From a virus, in the IMG/VR virus record IMGVR_UViG_3300045591_000151, positions 1-36,480 of that record: DNA of 36,480 nucleotides; one strand, given 5' to 3'. A program made the translations under genes and the position numbers. The notes beneath the pieces are model-generated. The model was not told the DNA's origin and did no database searches. It saw only the letters and a list, made by a program, of their open reading frames with translations. Every line of letters begins with the position of its first letter. Position 1 is the first letter of the stretch. Below, piece after piece: positions 28,437-36,163 of this stretch.

Positions 28437-28799
28437 ATGAACGACCTTAAAGCCTTTAGAAAAGTCAATCAAATTCGGCAAAAAGATTTAGCAGAATTTC
28501 TTGGCATTAGTGAAAATTTCGTTTCGCAGATAGAGAGTGGCAGCAGCCCTTTGCCTCATAAGCACCTAGTTAAGATTCTTGCCAACAAAGAATGGAATAC
28601 TAGCATGTTGCAACCTGACATTGCACCAAGTCCGAAAGAGTTAATGGACAATAATAAAAACCTGATGGAAATCATTAAATCGCAACAGCGAACAATAGAA
28701 ATGCAGGCTCACACTATTGAATTATTAGAAAAAAGAGGCTATTCAGAGGATGCCCAGCAGGAAGATCATGCAGGATGTGCCGCTGCAAATGGGGAATAG
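28437..28799 (+). CDS. XRE/CI-type HTH repressor.
   Basis: N-terminal IRQKDLAEFLGISENFVSQIESG is a canonical HTH_XRE. The C-terminal part is coiled coil. It is divergent from the early operon. Confidence 0.75.
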   Translation: MNDLKAFRKVNQIRQKDLAEFLGISENFVSQIESGSSPLPHKHLVKILANKEWNTSMLQPDIAPSPKELMDNNKNLMEIIKSQQRTIEMQAHTIELLEKRGYSEDAQQEDHAGCAAANGE

Positions 28800-28855
28800 T
28801 GAACGGATCTATTTGTAAGATAAAGAAATATTAAAAACACTAACGAAATACAACC

Positions 28856-29326
28856 ATGAAGAAGTTACTTTATGTTTTAGGAGTTATAATTATCATCTCA
28901 GGATGTTCTGTGATGAAGCCACGAGAAAGATCTGTCAACACATTCTTTCTTGATTATAGACCATACGCTGAGGAAGGATTCTTCCTGAGTCCAGATCCTT
29001 ATCCTGGTCAATTCACTTCACTTGGTGATATTCGTATTGAAGTTCAGCCAGCAATGATCCCAGCAGAAAAATCTTATCAGAAGGGGAAAAGTCAAAAATA
29101 TACTGATGGCATGTATGCCAGTTCATCAACCAACCTGGTACCGGAAGAAATTTCCGGATCTACGTTGCTTGATATAGCAGTGCAGAAAGCAAAGGAACTG
29201 GGTGCTGATGGAATTGCTAACCTTAAGATTAGATATGTGCAGATGAACCTGGTTCAGATCAGTAAGACAGAATATAATGATCCATCATATTGGGAAATTA
29301 CCGGCCTCTGCATCTCAAGAAAATAA
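28856..29326 (+). CDS. Lipoprotein (lysogeny-island moron).
   Basis: Signal peptide with lipobox MKKLLYVLGVIIIISGC. It lies between the repressor and the integrase. Confidence 0.6.
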   Translation: MKKLLYVLGVIIIISGCSVMKPRERSVNTFFLDYRPYAEEGFFLSPDPYPGQFTSLGDIRIEVQPAMIPAEKSYQKGKSQKYTDGMYASSSTNLVPEEISGSTLLDIAVQKAKELGADGIANLKIRYVQMNLVQISKTEYNDPSYWEITGLCISRK

Positions 29327-29375
29327 TGGGAAACGGCTGGAAAAGATTAAGCCACTATGAGTTACAGCTGGTGGT

Positions 29376-29395
29376 ATCGGGACAGAATCGGGACA
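29376..29395 (+). repeat. Tandem ATCGGGACA pair, putative integrase arm-type sites, set 1.
   Basis: ATCGGGACAGAATCGGGACA, two 9-mers phased 11 bp apart. Confidence 0.45.
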
Positions 29396-29547
29396 AAATC
29401 AGTCATTTTGGGCCATTCTGCCAAAATCAATATCACTGATAATTAAGGAGTTAAGTTTTTATTTGAACAGGTATGAGAATCTCGGTCTCTCCGCAAAATC
29501 TTGATAACTCGAATAATACCAATGAGTTATCAGCCAATCCCGAAAAA

Positions 29548-29567
29548 ATCGGGACAGAATCGGGCCA
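29548..29567 (+). repeat. Tandem ATCGGGACA-like pair, putative integrase arm-type sites, set 2.
   Basis: ATCGGGACAGAATCGGGCCA, 172 bp downstream of set 1. An inverted partial copy ATCCCGA lies at 29537..29543. Confidence 0.45.
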
Positions 29568-29616
29568 GCAATTTTCTTTGTACAGCACCCTCCTGGAGCT
29601 GTCCAAAGAAAAAAAA

Positions 29617-30774
29617 ATGTATTTTCTCAAACCACAAGCCTACGTGCATTATGTTCCTCCCAGGCTAACAAAAGGCAAAACCTGGTACATCTCTTATTAT
29701 GTCAAAAATCCGGAAACGGGGAAAATGAAAAGATTCCGGATAAAGCTTAATCGCTTCCACAATCTAAAAGAAAGAATGGCAGCAGCAAGAGGCATCATGG
29801 CATCCGTTGGAGAAAAGCTTTCCCTAGGCTGGAATCCAATGATAGATGATAAGGCTCCCAAAGCATATACAAGCCTATTCCATGCAATGGATGACTTTCT
29901 GGCAACAAAGGGAAAGGAGTTAGAGCCTAATTCAATGCGAAGCTATACATCATTAGTCAAGATCCTCAAAGATTGGCTGAAAAGAATTGGATTCAATGAA
30001 GAGACCTATGCCAGTCAATTTGCAAAAGAGCATGCTGTTAGATTCATGGCCGATGTTGACAGTGATTCCAGGCTCTCTCCTAGGACATATAACAATTATC
30101 TCACATTCTCTCATTGCTTGTTTGAATGGATGCTGTCTCATGGCTATGTTTCTGCCAATCCGTTCAATGGCCTTCATAAGAAGCCAAAACGCCTGACAAA
30201 GAAGAATAGAAGGCTGATAAAAGACTCTGAGCTTGATGCTATTTTTGGCTTCCTGAAAGAGAACAATCCAGAATACTTAGCCATTTGCCTGCTCTGTTAT
30301 GGCTGCTTTATACGGCCAAAGGAAATAGCCCTACTCAAGTGTGAGGATATAGACCTGAAAAGGCAGGTTGTTCATATTAAAGCTTCAATAGCCAAAAATG
30401 ACAATGATTCATTCAGAACGATTCCGGATGAATTGATGCCATCATTGCAAAGACTTGACTATAGCAACCCCACATGGTATCTTTTTGGTGATCATTCGAT
30501 GTTCGATTTTACACCTGGGCCGAAACTTGTATGTTCAAGAAAATTTGCAAAGTATTGGGATTATATAAGGAAAGAATGCGACCTTCCAATGGAAGTACAA
30601 TTCTACAGCCTGAAAGACACAGGTATAACCAACATGTTAAATAGTGGAGTCCCTATCAATCAGGTACAAAAGCAAGCAGATCATTCCAGTGTAGCAGTTA
30701 CGGCAATCTATGTCGGCAAAACTCCAGAAGCAAATAGCCAACTGAAAGCAGTTGATATACTCAATAAAAAATGA
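29617..30774 (+). CDS. int: Tyrosine recombinase / phage integrase. The start is trimmed to the ATG at 29617.
   Basis: N-terminal arm-binding-like KGKTWYISYYV. The C-terminal catalytic region has IRPKEIALL, LKDTGITNM and HSSVAVTAIYV (R...K...H...Y pattern). The 48 upstream codons of the track ORF cover the repeat-rich att-like region. Confidence 0.85.
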   Translation: MYFLKPQAYVHYVPPRLTKGKTWYISYYVKNPETGKMKRFRIKLNRFHNLKERMAAARGIMASVGEKLSLGWNPMIDDKAPKAYTSLFHAMDDFLATKGKELEPNSMRSYTSLVKILKDWLKRIGFNEETYASQFAKEHAVRFMADVDSDSRLSPRTYNNYLTFSHCLFEWMLSHGYVSANPFNGLHKKPKRLTKKNRRLIKDSELDAIFGFLKENNPEYLAICLLCYGCFIRPKEIALLKCEDIDLKRQVVHIKASIAKNDNDSFRTIPDELMPSLQRLDYSNPTWYLFGDHSMFDFTPGPKLVCSRKFAKYWDYIRKECDLPMEVQFYSLKDTGITNMLNSGVPINQVQKQADHSSVAVTAIYVGKTPEANSQLKAVDILNKK

Positions 30775-30795
30775 TCTGCATACTGATTAATAGAT

Positions 30796-30823
30796 AACGG
30801 ATATATCTCTCGACATATCCGTT
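30796..30823. terminator. Hairpin between convergent genes (integrase and spanin), putative bidirectional terminator.
   Basis: 9-bp stem AACGGATAT/ATATCCGTT with a 10-nt loop. The flanking T-tract is weak. Confidence 0.4.
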
Positions 30824-30921
30824 GAACAATTACTTTAACTATTATTTAACTTTCGCAAAAACATCATAGACTCACGTCTATCTACTGTTTTTAAATCAAA
30901 AATCTGTATGAAAAAGTTCTT

Positions 30922-31428
30922 CTATTTCTTTAGCCATGTCTTAATTGCTATCCTGCCAAATTTGATTAACAGATACAAGCAGATGCATACCAGGCTTATA
31001 GTGCCAAGTGAGATCCTGAAAGACTGCCAGACAGAGAGCTGCTTTTCGACATATACTCTTTGAATCATTCTCTCGACATTGACATGATTCTTTGCTTCAG
31101 TATGAATCTCTTTAGGCACCTTGATTGGTGCTGGCAGCATGACATCCTTATTAATTAATGTATGATGCAGCTGGCCACTCTCAATCCAAGCATCAGATTC
31201 AGCAACCTGTGTTTCGAGGTGGCTTGTGCTATCTTTTGGCACAAGTCCAGTAGAAATTCCGTCAGGAATCTTAACATAGATAATGCTATCACGATAGATG
31301 ACAGTATCTTTTACTATGACGGAAAAGGAGTCAGATGCAGTCTTTTCGGGATAAATCTTTGGGGAGCATCCTGTGGTTAGAGGAAGCCAGGCACAAATGG
31401 CAAGAGCAATAAGATAATTCCTGGTCAT
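30922..31428 (-). CDS. Candidate unimolecular spanin, with an N-terminal lipoprotein signal and a C-terminal TM helix.
   Basis: MTRNYLIALAICAWLPLTTGC is a lipobox-like signal. The C-terminus ISLGTISLVCICLYLLIKF is hydrophobic. It is the last gene of the holin-endolysin cluster. An alternative start lies at 31440. Confidence 0.5.
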   Translation of the reverse strand: MTRNYLIALAICAWLPLTTGCSPKIYPEKTASDSFSVIVKDTVIYRDSIIYVKIPDGISTGLVPKDSTSHLETQVAESDAWIESGQLHHTLINKDVMLPAPIKVPKEIHTEAKNHVNVERMIQRVYVEKQLSVWQSFRISLGTISLVCICLYLLIKFGRIAIKTWLKK

Positions 31429-31429
31429 A

Positions 31430-31990
31430 TTAAAAAACAACCTTTTTCTGTGGTATGGAATTATAAATCAGATAGCCATAACCTATAGCATCCAGCCTTC
31501 GTAGCCAGCCTTTAAGGAATCTGTTATTAGCAGGCCTCCTATCACAGATGTCACGGAAAAATTGTTCTCTTTTGAACTTTACCCGATTGAAGAATGCTTC
31601 TGGATCCTGCTTGTTGAGAGCTGCAAGAGTAAGAGATCCTACTATACCGTCAACCTTAACTCCAAGCATTCGCTGAGGTATTGTAATCCCATATCTGCCA
31701 GATCCCCATACCCAGTCAACCAGGATATTTGCTAAAGACTGATCCAGGATCTGATCTGCCTTCCATCGATTCCAATAGTTTGCTTTCATGATTCTGGTGG
31801 CATCGGCATCAGTAATGAGTTTAAGATCCTCGACATCGATCTTGCCATCTCCATTCTTGTCATAGCCCTGCTTCTTCCATGTGGCCAGAGTGACACCCTT
31901 ATTGGTTGCACCACCAGCATCATATTTATCAGTCACAAATCCACCTTCAAAGCTCAAAATCCATGGAGCCAATATGTCAATTTTCGCCAT
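31430..31990 (-). CDS. Endolysin, GH108 muramidase with a PG_binding_3-like C-terminal domain.
   Basis: [21 protein letters not shown] matches the GH108 EGG...D.GG.T.G motif. The start is trimmed to MAKIDIL at 31990. Confidence 0.8.
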   Translation of the reverse strand: MAKIDILAPWILSFEGGFVTDKYDAGGATNKGVTLATWKKQGYDKNGDGKIDVEDLKLITDADATRIMKANYWNRWKADQILDQSLANILVDWVWGSGRYGITIPQRMLGVKVDGIVGSLTLAALNKQDPEAFFNRVKFKREQFFRDICDRRPANNRFLKGWLRRLDAIGYGYLIYNSIPQKKVVF

Positions 31991-32528
31991 TATGAGATTC
32001 TTTTTTAGATTCGTTATCGTTAACTGTGATAGCCTCATCCAGACCTATTATGCCAGTTTTAGCTTCTATGGTTTTAGCTGCAAGCTTGGCAGCATTTATC
32101 TTGACTTTCTTACCGTACTTGGCAAAATACCAGTTCTGGACTATAGATATAATCTCTATTCCAATCACTACCAGTATTATCACTGTTTCGAGTGCAGGTA
32201 ATTTAAGAGCAACACCAATGCTGGAAGCCAGCAGGCACCAGCAGAAATATTCGACCATCTTGCCCAGGGTGCGCCTGATAGCTCTTGAGATGCGTATTGG
32301 ATCTCCACGTTTCTTAGAGGCTTTAATACCGAATATCAGATCTAAAACAATGATAGTTGCAGCAATAATCAGAAGAGGCAGCATTTCTGCGAGTGTGTTT
32401 TGACAAAATAGCAATAGAGCAGTTGCAGTGCCTGTGGACACAGCCTCTCCAGCCGTTGTAGCACTATCTGCAAGTATATCTCCAGTATAATCTACATTTT
32501 GTGTCATAATGATATAGATTAAGTCCAC
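31977..32528 (-). CDS. Holin-like multi-pass membrane protein.
   Basis: 183 aa with 3-4 hydrophobic helices and a charged C-terminal tail. It lies directly upstream of the endolysin and overlaps it. An alternative start lies at 32507. Confidence 0.55.
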   Translation of the reverse strand: MDLIYIIMTQNVDYTGDILADSATTAGEAVSTGTATALLLFCQNTLAEMLPLLIIAATIIVLDLIFGIKASKKRGDPIRISRAIRRTLGKMVEYFCWCLLASSIGVALKLPALETVIILVVIGIEIISIVQNWYFAKYGKKVKINAAKLAAKTIEAKTGIIGLDEAITVNDNESKKESHNGEN

Positions 32529-33982
32529 ACAAAATTATTATCATTGCTACCTACAGTCATCCAACCTTTACCAAGATAAGATGATGATGTTGCAGGCACC
32601 AGCATCGAATTGCCAACATATACAAGCAGCATTGCCTTACCTCCATTCACCTCTATCCTAACACCACCTACATATAAATGAGTAGATGCATTATCATTAG
32701 CATTAGCCACAATAACAGTCTTGCCAATTCCGGCCTCGCTAAGTACATAGTTCGATGAACTGCAATCTCCGCTGAAAATCACCACATCGACCGGGAAACC
32801 AGCAGCATCACCATTTGCTGTACCTCCATACAGCGGAATTTCCTTTGCCGAATTGGATTTACTATCAGTTGTAGTCGATAATCTCATTACAACTCCAGCA
32901 AATGTTCCGCTCTGGCCCTGAGTGTGAAAATACGCTGTTCTTGCATGGACTTCAAGGACATTCCGCCCATGATGTCCGAAATAGCCCCTGCACCATATAT
33001 CGCTGGAATAATATCTCTGAGATCTCGAAGTTACAGAGCCATCTTCATTAATGAAATTATTAACGCCTTGCGAATACAGATCACCATATATCCAGAATTT
33101 GCCAGATGAATCCAAATATACCTTGTAGGTATTGGTTACTCCATTAGATGATACGGTTTTCTTTATCACCAGGCCTTCCAATTCAGCACCGCTGCCTTTG
33201 AGTTTTCCAGCAGCCGATACACTGAAGTTATCCCCTATTGCAATAGAGCCATCTGCATTGACTTTGAAAGTGCCTCCTGCAATCTTGATTTGTCCAGTCT
33301 CTCCATCCAAATCAATGGCAGGTACGAAAGAAGAATTTGTGTAATCATCGCTTTCGGCACCATTCAGAGTCCCATGGGTAGAAATCAAATGTGGATTGCC
33401 TGATGAATCCTTCCTGATATAGAACCCTCCAATAAGGCCAGATTCTGCTGTTACCTTGCCTGTGAACTCGCCATCAACTGCATGTATTTTACCATCTATA
33501 TCCCAATAGCTTTTAGCATCAGTTGGATTTGCAGCACCTATCCACAGTGGATATTGGCCGCCACCCAGTCCAAGATTGACAGTTGTACCATCAGCCTTCA
33601 TGACTAAGATCTGATTGCTCTGCAACAATCTTAATAGGGCATTCTGTGCTATTATTAAAGGTACGTAAATCGGCTGGAGGTTATTCAGCTCTTTCCACTT
33701 GGATGAATTGGACAGATCTGAAGTCTTTGCCGTATATGTTGTGGAGTCATTGGTTTTCACCAGGCATTGATATACCCTCCACGGTCTGGAAGTATCACTG
33801 CCATTATAAACATAGACTATATCAAGATACCTTGGTGCAGTCACGCTCTCATCATCATTATGATATTGCGTACCATCCTGGAACTCAGTACAGCGAAGCA
33901 GCTGGCCAGCTAATCCGGTGTCGCCTTTTTGCCCATCTTTAGCACGCCTTCTGATAGTGATATGTCCACTTGCCTCAATCAT
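32519..33982 (-). CDS. Tail fibre protein, second fibre gene.
   Basis: 487 aa with N-terminal collagen-like triplets (GQKGDTGLAG). The rest is Gly/Ser/Thr/Asn-rich and beta-type in composition. Confidence 0.55.
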   Translation of the reverse strand: MIEASGHITIRRRAKDGQKGDTGLAGQLLRCTEFQDGTQYHNDDESVTAPRYLDIVYVYNGSDTSRPWRVYQCLVKTNDSTTYTAKTSDLSNSSKWKELNNLQPIYVPLIIAQNALLRLLQSNQILVMKADGTTVNLGLGGGQYPLWIGAANPTDAKSYWDIDGKIHAVDGEFTGKVTAESGLIGGFYIRKDSSGNPHLISTHGTLNGAESDDYTNSSFVPAIDLDGETGQIKIAGGTFKVNADGSIAIGDNFSVSAAGKLKGSGAELEGLVIKKTVSSNGVTNTYKVYLDSSGKFWIYGDLYSQGVNNFINEDGSVTSRSQRYYSSDIWCRGYFGHHGRNVLEVHARTAYFHTQGQSGTFAGVVMRLSTTTDSKSNSAKEIPLYGGTANGDAAGFPVDVVIFSGDCSSSNYVLSEAGIGKTVIVANANDNASTHLYVGGVRIEVNGGKAMLLVYVGNSMLVPATSSSYLGKGWMTVGSNDNNFVWT

Positions 33983-33984
33983 AA

Positions 33985-34362
33985 TTACGCTATTCCAGCT
34001 ATGACATTTTTAGCAACTACCTTGGCTTTCGCTCTCCAAGCCTGGAAAGCTTCATATTCTTCAAGATATTCAGATCTTTTTTCTTCAGTGAGATCGCTTT
34101 CCGAGTCTTTTGCAAGAACATAATTAGCCATGATAGCCTGAGCATCATTAAAAGAATACCTGTCATTGATGATTCCAGCCACAATTTCATCATAGCCACG
34201 GCCAGCAACATCTACATTCTCACATTCATGATAGGTGCTTGGATCATCTTCCATAGTGATTGGATCCTCGTTGAAATCGAAGAATAATCTAATGATTGAA
34301 CCTTCCTGAATAACAAGCACTCCGCTGGAAGGTACTTCAGATAATGGATAAATACATTTCAT
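33985..34362 (-). CDS. Hypothetical acidic protein downstream of the RT.
   Basis: 125-aa ORF with a beta-like N-terminal half and an acidic helical C-terminal half. Confidence 0.4.
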   Translation of the reverse strand: MKCIYPLSEVPSSGVLVIQEGSIIRLFFDFNEDPITMEDDPSTYHECENVDVAGRGYDEIVAGIINDRYSFNDAQAIMANYVLAKDSESDLTEEKRSEYLEEYEAFQAWRAKAKVVAKNVIAGIA

Positions 34363-34376
34363 ATTTTTCTATAAGT

Positions 34377-35000
34377 TTATTCATCAAAATAATAAGCACT
34401 TTTGCCATCACCCAGGCTTCTTCTCCTAATAACTACTCCATCAACAGGAAAGATCTTCTGTCCGGATTTCTCAGCCTTTCTTGCCTGATCAAGCACATTC
34501 TTTAAGTTGAAGGCATTCGTTATGAACTTGCCTTTCTGGTGCGATGCATCTTCATAAAGAACGCAATATCTTCCAGAGCCTTCTTTTGTATTTATGTCAG
34601 ACTCAAAGTCAAGCACTGTTATAGGAACATTCAGAATATCTGATATTCTGGTGTTCTTTACATCGAAAAATTTCTTTCCATCCTTGGTCTTGAAGTCCTG
34701 ATGGATTCCTTTCTTTGCGAAACTCATATCTCTATTCGTTATAACATTCCATAAATTGCGACAGTTGCCCCATTTGCACCAGCCCCAATAGCTGGCCAGA
34801 ACCTGCCTTTTTCTGACTGGATCTTTAATCCTTGCCACTGATCTGGCAAACTTCTGCTTGATACTCTTTCTAAGTCTCACACCATTGGTGGCAAACTCAT
34901 AACCGAGATAATCAATGCATCTTCCTTTTATGGCTACGCTGCCTTTTCCTATGTCTTTTCTTCCCATCAGCAAAAGTGGCGATTGGTGCCACAATAACAT
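34377..35000 (-). CDS. DGR reverse transcriptase, segment 3 of 3 (frame c): motif 7, thumb and a C-terminal extension.
   Basis: Contains IDYLGYEF (RT motif 7) and ASYWGWCKWGNCRNLW (thumb-like). About 115-120 further residues of unknown function follow. Confidence 0.8.
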   Translation of the reverse strand: MLLWHQSPLLLMGRKDIGKGSVAIKGRCIDYLGYEFATNGVRLRKSIKQKFARSVARIKDPVRKRQVLASYWGWCKWGNCRNLWNVITNRDMSFAKKGIHQDFKTKDGKKFFDVKNTRISDILNVPITVLDFESDINTKEGSGRYCVLYEDASHQKGKFITNAFNLKNVLDQARKAEKSGQKIFPVDGVVIRRRSLGDGKSAYYFDE

Positions 35001-35229
35001 TCGCTTTAACTACCAATCCAGACAGATCATTCAGCCTCACATACTCATTCAGCATCTTCCAAGCTTCATGTTTTGTCCTGGCCAGTCCTACTACATCATC
35101 ACAATATCTCAAGTAGCATTTGCAATGCAGCTTTTCCTTAATATAATGATCGATGTCACTTACTGTGTAATTGGCTAAAGGCTGGCTGGTGTATGCCCCA
35201 ATTGGCAATCCTCTTTTCCCTTTCATCAC
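34912..35229 (-). CDS. DGR reverse transcriptase, segment 2 of 3 (frame b): motifs 4-6 including the catalytic YxDD.
   Basis: GLPIGAYTSQPLANY carries the DGR-type I/LGxxxSQ signature. YLRYCDDVV is the YxDD box. Confidence 0.85.
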   Translation of the reverse strand: MMKGKRGLPIGAYTSQPLANYTVSDIDHYIKEKLHCKCYLRYCDDVVGLARTKHEAWKMLNEYVRLNDLSGLVVKANVIVAPIATFADGKKRHRKRQRSHKRKMH

Positions 35230-35800
35230 TAAGGATCTTCTGCATTTCCACTCCAGAATCGTAATTCAGGATGGCAATTTCTATCAGCTTCAAGAACTTT
35301 CTATCCTTAAATTTTCTTTCAAGAGCCTTCATTACTTCCTCATGTGGAATGCTCTGATAAAACTTCTTGCAATCAGCTTTCCAGAACCATTTATTCTCAG
35401 GGTACCGCCTTAGCATCATCTTCATCCTTTTTACCCCAAAATGCAATCCCTTGCCAGGTACGCAGGCAAAAGAATCATCAATAAGCCGATGATATAAATC
35501 TTTACCTATCACATTCATTATAGCATGATGAAGGATTCTCCAAGGATAATACTTCTGGCTTTTAATCTCTCTAACTTTGCCATTATCATTAGCTATTATG
35601 AGAGTCTTATATTCCGGATCTGGGAAATCTAAATTCAGAATCATATCATGCAAGGCAATAAGATCCTCTTCAGCGTGAAGATTATGCCTTCTGATATGTC
35701 TATTCTTTCTGACCTTCCCAGCCTGGGCCTCTTTATCAGCAAGCCTCAGATTATCCATGTCTGCTACTTTTTCGAGTAAATAACCTCTTCGTTTTACCAT
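35156..35800 (-). CDS. DGR reverse transcriptase, segment 1 of 3 (frame a): N-terminus and fingers motifs 1-3.
   Basis: MVKRRGYLLEKVADMDNLRLADKEAQAGK is a typical DGR RT N-terminus. Also present are KVREI...WRILHHAIMNV, FACVPGKGLHFGVKRM and WKADCKKFYQSIPHEEV. Confidence 0.85.
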   Translation of the reverse strand: MVKRRGYLLEKVADMDNLRLADKEAQAGKVRKNRHIRRHNLHAEEDLIALHDMILNLDFPDPEYKTLIIANDNGKVREIKSQKYYPWRILHHAIMNVIGKDLYHRLIDDSFACVPGKGLHFGVKRMKMMLRRYPENKWFWKADCKKFYQSIPHEEVMKALERKFKDRKFLKLIEIAILNYDSGVEMQKILSDEREKRIANWGIHQPAFSQLHSK

Positions 35801-36007
35801 ACATACTGTCTTTTCAGACTATTTTATGCCCAATCATCTTGCAAGATCGGGATGCCCAGAGCTTTCGAGACTAAACCTACTAGCACTGCTTGCTCAATAA
35901 GAGCCTTTCCGCAATATTTTTTCTGACATCACGGCCATTACTGTCCGTTACGCTGCATTCACGATGCAGGGTCAAGGCGCAGGGAATCCGTTTCTCATTT
36001 CTTGTAT

Positions 36008-36113
36008 GGCGAGAGCCGATGTTCGCATTCGCATTCGACCAAGCGTTATTCGTATTCGCATAACCGAGACCGGCCAGCGAGCCGTTATTCGCAGAACCGC
36101 CCCACAACGCAAG
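36008..36113 (-). repeat. DGR template repeat (TR).
   Basis: 106 bp, 97/106 identical to 36274..36379. It carries 19 adenines on the - strand including 8 AAY codons. It lies between the target gene stop and the RT start and is not part of a long ORF. Confidence 0.92.
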
Positions 36114-36139
36114 AACCAGCTCTCATTCCCATCTGCCTA

Positions 36140-36163
36140 CCTGCTGCCATTTCTGGCAGCAGG
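36140..36163 (-). other. Perfect 10-bp GC-rich hairpin with a 4-nt loop (GAAA on the coding strand), between the target gene stop and the TR.
   Basis: CCTGCTGCCA-TTTC-TGGCAGCAGG on the + strand. All ten pairs were checked by hand. No U-tract follows on the - strand. Confidence 0.7.

Noticed and set aside
22953-29530. The 8-mer ATGAGTTA, with one copy in the iteron region (22953) and two upstream of the integrase (29358 and 29522).
   Set aside because: Three copies of an 8-mer in 36 kb of AT-rich DNA is weak evidence. Only the two integrase-proximal copies are embedded in a longer repeat.
29473-29616. The N-terminal 48 codons of the integrase track ORF.
   Set aside because: They cover the repeat-rich att-like region and are low-complexity. 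The arm-binding-type N-terminus starts at Met49 (29617).
33985-34362. The 125-aa ORF next to the RT as the DGR accessory protein Avd.
   Set aside because: Its size fits, but the protein is acidic with a beta-like N-terminal half, while Avd is a basic four-helix bundle. I kept it as hypothetical and flagged it for structural checking.
35880-36107. 75-aa ORF on the - strand (MWGGSANNGSLAGLGYANTNN...), which might have been an accessory gene such as Avd.
   Set aside because: It is simply the template repeat read in the target protein frame, running on into the spacer. It begins with a non-ATG start and has no independent coding signal.
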